A DNA stretch of 64,000 nt from the human T2T-CHM13v2.0 reference genome, Homo sapiens, in assembly GCF_009914755.1 (NCBI RefSeq), contig NC_060931.1, one strand, 5' to 3'. A program made the translations under genes and the position numbers. The notes under the pieces were generated by a model, which saw only the letters and a program-made list of their open reading frames with translations, did no database searches and was not told where the DNA came from. Positions 56,111-64,000 of this stretch are shown here, in pieces. Numbering within the stretch: the first letter of the stretch is position 1; every line of letters begins with the position of its first letter.

Positions 56111-59100
56111 TCGGGTTATTGATCAAAGTCTCCTCAGTTCTACATGTATGCAATGTGCAATTGATTAAGTCTATAGAATTTGATATGTTTTATTTGATAT
56201 AAGTCTACAGAATTATATCAAATTAAACAAATCTTGATATTTGTCCCATGGTTTCAGTCTACTAGAACATTAAAAAATCTTTAATTATGAAATAAATACT
56301 CCTCTTGGTTTGGGGTATCCTAAAAAGTCTGAATGTATAGTTTGCATTCCTTTATTCAGATTATGGATTCAAATCTTTAAAAAATACGCAGCTAAGGGTA
56401 GACTCATGCTTCCTCCAGGGAAATGATTCTCAGAAATCTGTAAACATGTCCTTAAGCTAAATCCAAGATACACTATATTTAGGATACCTGTGTAATTTAA
56501 TATTTATGACATAAAAAATTTATTTTTGGTAGAAATTAAATTTAGTATACCTAAAATGGCTCCCAGTATTTGTTACTTTCTCTTTTAATCATCAAAACCT
56601 AGTCTTTTCCAAAATCCATTTAAAAATGTCAGTGGCAAGTTTCAGAATCTACTTTTAAAGACTGTGATAATGATGACATTCACCCTCAGCCCCTTAGCAT
56701 ACACTAACTAACAGCCTACCAAGAAGATGCATAAGACATGGCCTGTATTTTCAAAGATCTTGGAAGAATGGGAGATTGGTTATGAGCATAAGAACGGCAC
56801 TGCAAGGAAGAAGGTAGTGTGTGTTATCTATCATAAAGAAATACAGTTTCAAGGGGCCATTTTGCTTTGGGGTTAGTAATAATAGGTGAAATGTACTAAT
56901 GTTTCATTAAATATTTTAAGGAAATCTTGAGAAAAATGTGAAAATTTTTATCATTTTGTATAATCACAATTCAAGGTAAATTTAAAAACTTCTGTTTATT
57001 CATACTACACTCAATGTATATGAGAGATCTGTCTATTTCATGTAGTATTTTAGAGAATCTTTGGGTTTCAAAAAAGCTGGCAGCCATTTTATCCAACCCC
57101 TTGTAGATAGCATGCATGCCTACAGTAATTCAGAGGAAGGCACTACTATGTAGCAATCTCCAGTTTCTGGCACCTCTCCCAACTTCATTGAAAACCTGCT
57201 ATAAAAATTTCATTTTCCATTGGCTGTAAATGTGAAACAGACAAGCTTCTTTGATTCAAACATCTTTCCAACCATTCATGAACATATTAGCATATGTATT
57301 GCATTTCTTGTCCTAGCAGGAATGCTACTGCTTAAAAACAATAGCACTGAGCATATTCCATCACCCAGGGAACACATTTCTAAAAAGCTTATCATTTAGC
57401 TTTCCCACTACATCCACGTCTCCCTTCAGCCATGTCAAAAAGCGGTTGTGACTCATCCTGCAACATAAACACTGGACATTAAAATGAATGTGTGCACATG
57501 GCTTCTGTGACCAGTGGATGCAGATACAGAAATGACAACAAGAAACAAAGAGCTGAGGCATCTATAGAAAAGACACTGTCCAGACTAGAAGCAACAGAAT
57601 ATACAGTGAAGAACATACGCTTTAAAGATTTGGGTGAATGCCATCTCTAACAACTTAGGAGTCCTGTGGATTTGGGCAGGCTGATTTCCCTTTGTGAACC
57701 TCAAATGCTTCATCTTTTGGCAATTAAGACTACAGCAGGAGACAAACAAAGACTCCTGGGTCCATAATTATGCAAACTTCAGACTTTCAAGTATGTGTGT
57801 AAATCTAGAATCAAAGTTGTAGCAGTCAAGCTACCTAACCCCTTCCACATTCACCTGCCCAAATATCCTCCCAAGAGCCAATGAAATGTGGTCACTTTTT
57901 GCAGGATCTGCCCCAATCAGCTTGTGAGTCAATGTTCAAGAGGATGTTAGCTCCAGCCCTCCTGCGGGTGGAAATCTCTCATTCGTTTTATTTTGTCTCC
58001 CTGAATTCTGAGGGTAAAAGGCTTCTAGGCAACACACATGCTCACCACATCTGTGTTAAGCCTTGGGTCCTGCAGTACCCACAACTGGACCACTGCATCC
58101 AGTTGAGTGGTGCCAATTCTAGTGGGCACCATCATCCTCACTGTCCCTGTCAGCCACGCACCCTGGAGTTACACCATCCAGGTACAGTGGGCAGCCACAA
58201 TCTTTCTAAGGGAGATTGTCCTATCTGTAGTCTCGGCTGTAAGGGCAGCCCTAAATTTTCATGTTTTATTCCATATAATTCATTAAGATTTAGCATTCAA
58301 CTTAACTTTAATTAGGAACCAATTAATCACAAGACATTCAGAAACATTTGGTGCTTTAAGAAGAACAAGAGAAATGTAAAGGCAGAATCCTACCCAGAAA
58401 GAATTTACAATTTACAGTGGTCCAGCTTTCCTCAATAATATTTCAAGAAGATTTTAGTTCTAGTAAAATTTGTTGAGTCGTTCTCACACTTTGGGGAAAA
58501 GGTGATTTATAAACACAAGCTATTTTTATTGACTATAGATCCCTAGCCAGTTCTTTACAAGGTTGTGTACCCAAGAGGGAAGAAATGCAGTGATTAAAAA
58601 GCAACAACAGTTGCAGTTTCTTTTAAGTGACTTTCTTGACAGGGGCACCAGGCAGGGTCAGCTTTTCACATGTCAGTTCACAACGAGATAAATAATTCTT
58701 GGAGCACCATCCTTTAGAATTCCTACTGCAACCTCTTGGCTTAGACAAAGCAGAGCTCCCAGGAACAAGCTTAAACCAGATCATGCTCCATTAGGATGCA
58801 GTGTCGGTGACTGTCAGAAAAGAGGACAGGATATCCCTACCACAAACTGAGTTTATTTAATCCATCAGTTTTTGAAGAGGAAAAGGATGACATGGAAAAT
58901 TAAAGAAGCATAGTCTTCCTCTGGTTGTTTCCAAGCAAACAGATTTGACTTGAAAAGCAGGCTGAAAGGCACCAAGGGCAGGATCCCTTTGAACGCTTAG
59001 AGGAAAGGTGCCCTGGCACCAACAGATGGAAACGTCTATCATCCAAACAGCCTATTTCATCCTTGTGTGAGTGTGCATGTGATGGTGGGGAGGGCAGGGG

Positions 59101-59159
59101 GAGAAATACAATGACATACTCAGGGCAAGAACAGGGGAGCCCACTGGGGGATTTGGTGG

Positions 59160-59362
59160 TCAGAGTCCTGAGTTCCAGCTCTGATTTGGTCCACTTTCAG
59201 CTGGGGCATCTTGGGCCAGTTACTGCACCTCTGAATAGGTTCTCTCATCTGTCAAATGGAAATGAAGATAGTATCTATTTCATAGGATGGCTTCAGTATT
59301 AAATAATTAATGTAAAAATTCTTATCAAAAATGTCCAACACAAGATAAGTACTCAAAAATAT
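59160..59362 (+). mobile_element. MIR
   Basis: cctgagttccagctctg...cttgggccagtt...cctctgaataggttctctcatctgtcaaatgg...taagtactcaaaaat. Confidence 0.7.
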
Positions 59363-62300
59363 CTGTATTATATTTTTAGTAGGTTAGGTATAATATAGAA
59401 AAGATGAGGAAGAGGGGGCTTAACACATAATTGTTAAATAAATGAAAACAAACATGTAACCAGACAGAAATAAATTCTAATCATTTTGTGGGAAATTATA
59501 TTACCAATCGCAGGTTTTACATTATTTTTTCCTTTAATACATTTGTGGCGGGCTTTACACCCTGACTCTGATATAAGATGTTAAAATCAATGATATTGTG
59601 GTACACAGTTGTCATGTGTTTTGAAAAAAAAAACTAAGAACCATTTAGGAATATGTCTAACTTTATAGGATTAAAGAGAATGAAGTGTTAGAAGACTGAC
59701 TCCCTTAGTGATCACCAGAAGGCACAGCCTGCCCTTTGTGGGGTAGATGTGTCCTACCACCTCTCACTCCAGGTAGAAAATGGGAAAAAGATTTTGAAGT
59801 GACATCAAGTTCTCCTTAAGCCATCAGGTTCTCATGAAATAATCTACACAAGAGCTTCTTTCATGCTTTCATGAGCTTTGTTCTTTACAAGGCCTTCATT
59901 ACTCCTTCATTCAGATGTCCCCAAGATACAGAAGCTTTATCCACTTCAGTAACACCACCTTAGCCCAGCAAATTCAGAGCATCATTAGTAGAGGAGAAGC
60001 TAGTTTGTCCTTTTCAACGCAGATGTGTGCATGTGCACACACACACACGCACATGCCCACCATGAATTGACCTCTGGGTTGATTAGTGAGAACACTTCTC
60101 TTCACATTTCCAAGCTTCATCTAAAAATTGGGTTTAGAGGAGGGGAGTACTGGCAGTTCACTGAGTTAATGATCTCTATTTTCAGACCAGAAAACATTTT
60201 CTGTTACATTTGTGTATTGCCATAATATTACCAACTTCCTATTGTGTCAGCTAACACCATTTGAAAATTCTTATACCATTACCACCATTTAATAAAGAGC
60301 AAGATGTTATTAACCCTAAAGAACTTGGCAGGACTTGGTTACAGAAAAAGGTTATTCCTTCAGTGCTACGAAGAAAAGACAAAGGGCAACTTTACACAGG
60401 CACACACATGTGTGCACAGAGGTAAGTGCATGCATGTACACTCACACACAGTGTACATATGACTGGCTACTGAACAGTGAAACTCCACTCCAGGCTAGCA
60501 AGGTCTTCAGTCTAGAGTTCCTTCGACTCTATCAATGCTAAGGTCCCTTCTCCTTCTCACTGTTTTTGATTCTGTGGGCTGGTTTCATATAAATGTAAAG
60601 TCATCTTCTCTGGGATGTTTCACTCAAGTCACAGCAACAGAGGTGCAAAATTTAAAAAATCCCACCCTCGTAGGAGAGATTTTTTAGCTAGCTTATGATA
60701 TTTTCATTGTAGATTTTTAAATTCACTTAAAAAACCTAAAAGGCAAGAGGCCATGCACCAACCTCTCTCTCTCTTGCTCTCTTCACCTAACCTGTCCCTT
60801 CACTTTCCTGCTGCACTGGGGTGGGGGACATGCCAACCAGAAGTGGGCAGAGAAGAGAGTGAGGAAAAGGAGGGAATCTGTCCAGGCTTTCATCAGACTG
60901 ACTGGAGGTACTGACGCGAAATGATTCTGTGTCTGCATGAGAGTAAATGCACACCTTTTGAAGGTTCTATGAGGGCTCCATTCCTTCTGTGGGAGTGTGA
61001 TATGACCTTTCCTCCGGAGAATCTCAATGCAGGAAGCCCTGGGGATACTCTAGGACCAAGGAAGCCTAGAAGACACTTCTAGGAAACCAACTGGCCCTGA
61101 TTCCACATGGCCCATATCCTCATCTGAGAGTACTTGGTTAAAGGACTCCTCAAAGATTGTGAAATGTTCCGAAAATCTTTAGTTAGCAGTGTGATATCAT
61201 CCATACCCAAAAAGGATTTCTCAGAGATTTCTGGAACCCATTGTGGGTTTCTTCCTTTCATGGGGACACCCAAGAAATGACCAAGGGGGATGCTGGGGAA
61301 GGGTCTATACCCATTAGGCACAGTATCGCCACACACGAGGCATCCCATTGGCTCAGGATGTCCCACTCGGGCCACCTGAGGCAAGGAAAGGTCTCCCTGT
61401 GGTTAGAGTCTCAGATGAGAGTTTCATGCTGGAATATTTTCCAAAGCTCAGTGAACTACCCTGAGATGGCTCCTTTATATTCACTCCAATATATTTCCCA
61501 TATTGATGAGTATTTTAAATAAACCCAAGGGAGCCAATTCTGATCCACCAGGGAAAATATCACTCCAGTGGGGGCTTTTACAGACAGATGCTCTGTGGAA
61601 CAGGGTTCCAGCAAGTCACAGCCCTTTGCAGTGCTTGTCAAGAGTGGAAGATTAAAATTATTTCAAGGCAGGAATGCAAGCTTAGGGCCAATGTGTCAGC
61701 TTTTTATGGGAACATCATAAAAATCAGATAACTTATCCTTGCTGAAAACTAATATTATGTGCGTCAATCTTCTAGTATAGCATAGTAGAAACTATTTTAT
61801 GGACTATTGTTATATTTTTCCTCTTTCATTGTGTGACAGAAGCCATTTCTGTGTTTCACTGCTTTTCAGTATGAACTGCCATCAATAATATCTCACAGAG
61901 CCAAAAATCATTCACTGTTATGTTAATCATTTGAAATTATTTTTAGCTGGGAAGGAGATTCAGACTTTAATGGCCACTTAAGGAAATGTGGCTTTGAAGT
62001 CATGTGCAGGAGGCCCCAGACAGTACAGCTGAATTCTAGGGAGGTTTCTTTTTTCTTTATTATTGTCTTCCTCTCTCAAATGTTCCCACCAGAGACCTCA
62101 TGGCACCAGAGCAATAATGGTAACAATGCCTTTCATTTTCTCATTAGATCCCAATGGCTCCAAATTACCACTCAGAGCTGGAAATGTGAAAAGCGAAAGG
62201 GATGATAAATAAATGACTTGCCCAGGGGCAGGCACAGAACTACACATGGGCCACCTGTTGGCGTTTATTTCTGACAATATCACTTTTAGAGTTTTCTGTG

Positions 62301-62639
62301 ATACCACCTCAGGAAGAGGATGGAAACAAGATACCTACAAGGAAATATGTGGATTGGGCACCTACTATGGATTAGGCCCTTTGTTAGGGACTTTCATATC
62401 TGTGATCACACTGACCTTCATAACAGTCCCATGAGGTAAGAATTATTACCCATGCTTTCATAAAGAGAACCTAAATTAAGTAACTTGTCAGGTGTCACAG
62501 AACCAGCAAGAGGCAAAGTGAAAGTTTAATCATGTAATTCCAGCCTTGGCCCTGAGAAAGTGAAGACTTGTCTTTTAATGAGGCACAGTTCTTTTCTTTT
62601 CAGTTGGAAATGGGTGTACGGAATTTTAAACGATAGACC

Positions 62640-63022
62640 AAACATATACACCATGGAATACTACACAGCCATATAAAAGAATGAAATCATGTCCTTTGCA
62701 GCAACATGGATGCAGCTGGAGGCCGGTATCCTGAGTGAATTAACCCAGGAAGACAAAACTAAATACTGCATATTCTCACTTATAAGTGGGAGCTAAACGC
62801 TGGGTACACAAGGACACAAAGAGGAGAATAACAGACACTGAGAACTACTAGGAGGGAAGAGAGGGTGGCAAGGGTTGAAATCTAACTATCGGATACTATG
62901 CCAACTGGGTGACACTGGTACACCAAGTCCCAGTAAAATGCAATTTACCCATGTAACAAATCTGCACATGTACCCTCTGAACCTAAAAGTCCAAAAATAA
63001 ATAAATAAAAAATAACAAAAAA
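62640..63022 (+). mobile_element. L1PB/L1MA 3' end
   Basis: caccatggaatactacacagccat...gcagcaacatggatgcagctggaggcc...tgcacatgtaccctctgaacctaaaa plus A-rich tail. Confidence 0.88.
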
Positions 63023-64000
63023 CCCAAGTGACCAAAACATTAAAACTTCAGTCAATAATTCCTTTGAGTTTTACTGCCCATAAAATATTAGGTCATTGGC
63101 TTTTTCAAAATTTCATTTATACTATAAACTAAGTAAATAAATTAATTTGTCAAAAATTTGGGGTAATGTCCCAAGTCACTGGATTCTGGCCCAATTTGGT
63201 GATGGGCTAGGGAGGAGGGAGGCACAGAGGGGAGAGGGGAGGACAGAGACACAGAAGGTTTCTGTCCACAGAGGCTCCTACACTAAGATTCCGATTTCCA
63301 AGTACACATCTGAATGACTATTTCTGTCAATGACTACTCTCGATTTCCCAAATTTGGTTATCATTTATATTTTGGTTTTGCAAAGATGATACCTGTCACA
63401 ACCTTAGGTTTGCTTTGGCATAAACTGTTTTACCTTCATTTGTCACTGATAGAACAGAGTGCTCAGAGAACCAGAAACAGATTAATGGGGATGGGGGGCG
63501 TCATTTTACATGGACATCTAGCAGAATAGAAAAGGTAGTTTTCCTTCGTGTTGAAGATACAAGGGATTTGAAAGGAACAGACATAACTGGTCCTAGAGAC
63601 CAGTTGGTCTGTCACCTACTGTATAAAACTAAGGGTTTCTACATAGAGTTAGCCTTCCTTCAAAGCACTGGATACAGCCACAAAGTAGAGATCTCCTTAA
63701 TGCAAAAGGCACGTTCTAGAGAGAAGCTTTATTGAAACAAAGAATACAGCAGGCCTAACGAATAGTGGAACAAAGTGACTAGAGTTGCCCCCAGAATTCA
63801 ATCCCATGGTGGTAGCACTTACTGACCCAATCTCTTTCCTCCCTCACTCCCACCCGTCCTTTTTTCCGTCCACAATGCTTTTGTGGCCACCATATACAAA
63901 ACAGACATTGAGGTGGACTAGTGGAGAAGAGTGATAAATCAACCAGTGGTCTTCAAGGAGGGGACACGTAAGCAGCCAATAAAAGAATCAAGTCATTTAG

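Noticed and set aside
57881-58315. 144-aa ORF
   Set aside because: No recognisable homology or coding features; a length reachable by chance in 64 kb
63204-63242. G-rich tract as a G-quadruplex or promoter
   Set aside because: Short purine-rich low-complexity run with no CpG island or supporting motifs

Overview
Primate (human-like) genomic DNA: AT-rich, CpG-depleted, no CpG island, and dense in Alu, L1, L2, MIR, MaLR/ERVL LTR and DNA-transposon relics. The only protein-coding sequence I can support is one 137-bp internal exon of ELMO1 on the minus strand (15631-15767, [P][45 protein letters not shown], canonical AG/GT). The rest of the window is two very long ELMO1 introns. All other ORFs in the track are Alu-, transposon- or chance-derived. 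The most notable non-coding observations are: a 36-nt tailless U2 snRNA retrocopy with target-site duplication; three tandem ~60-bp units, two carrying Alus of different subfamilies at the same nucleotide; a ~165-bp near-identical local duplication 2.3 kb apart; a Tigger2 with transposase remnants nested in an MLT1 LTR; an AP-1/NF-Y/ETS motif cluster; a candidate 66-nt poison exon; and a ~95-bp hairpin at a MER3-like end. I see no evidence of a genuinely new biological system. Repeat subfamily names and boundaries are by-eye estimates, not RepeatMasker output.
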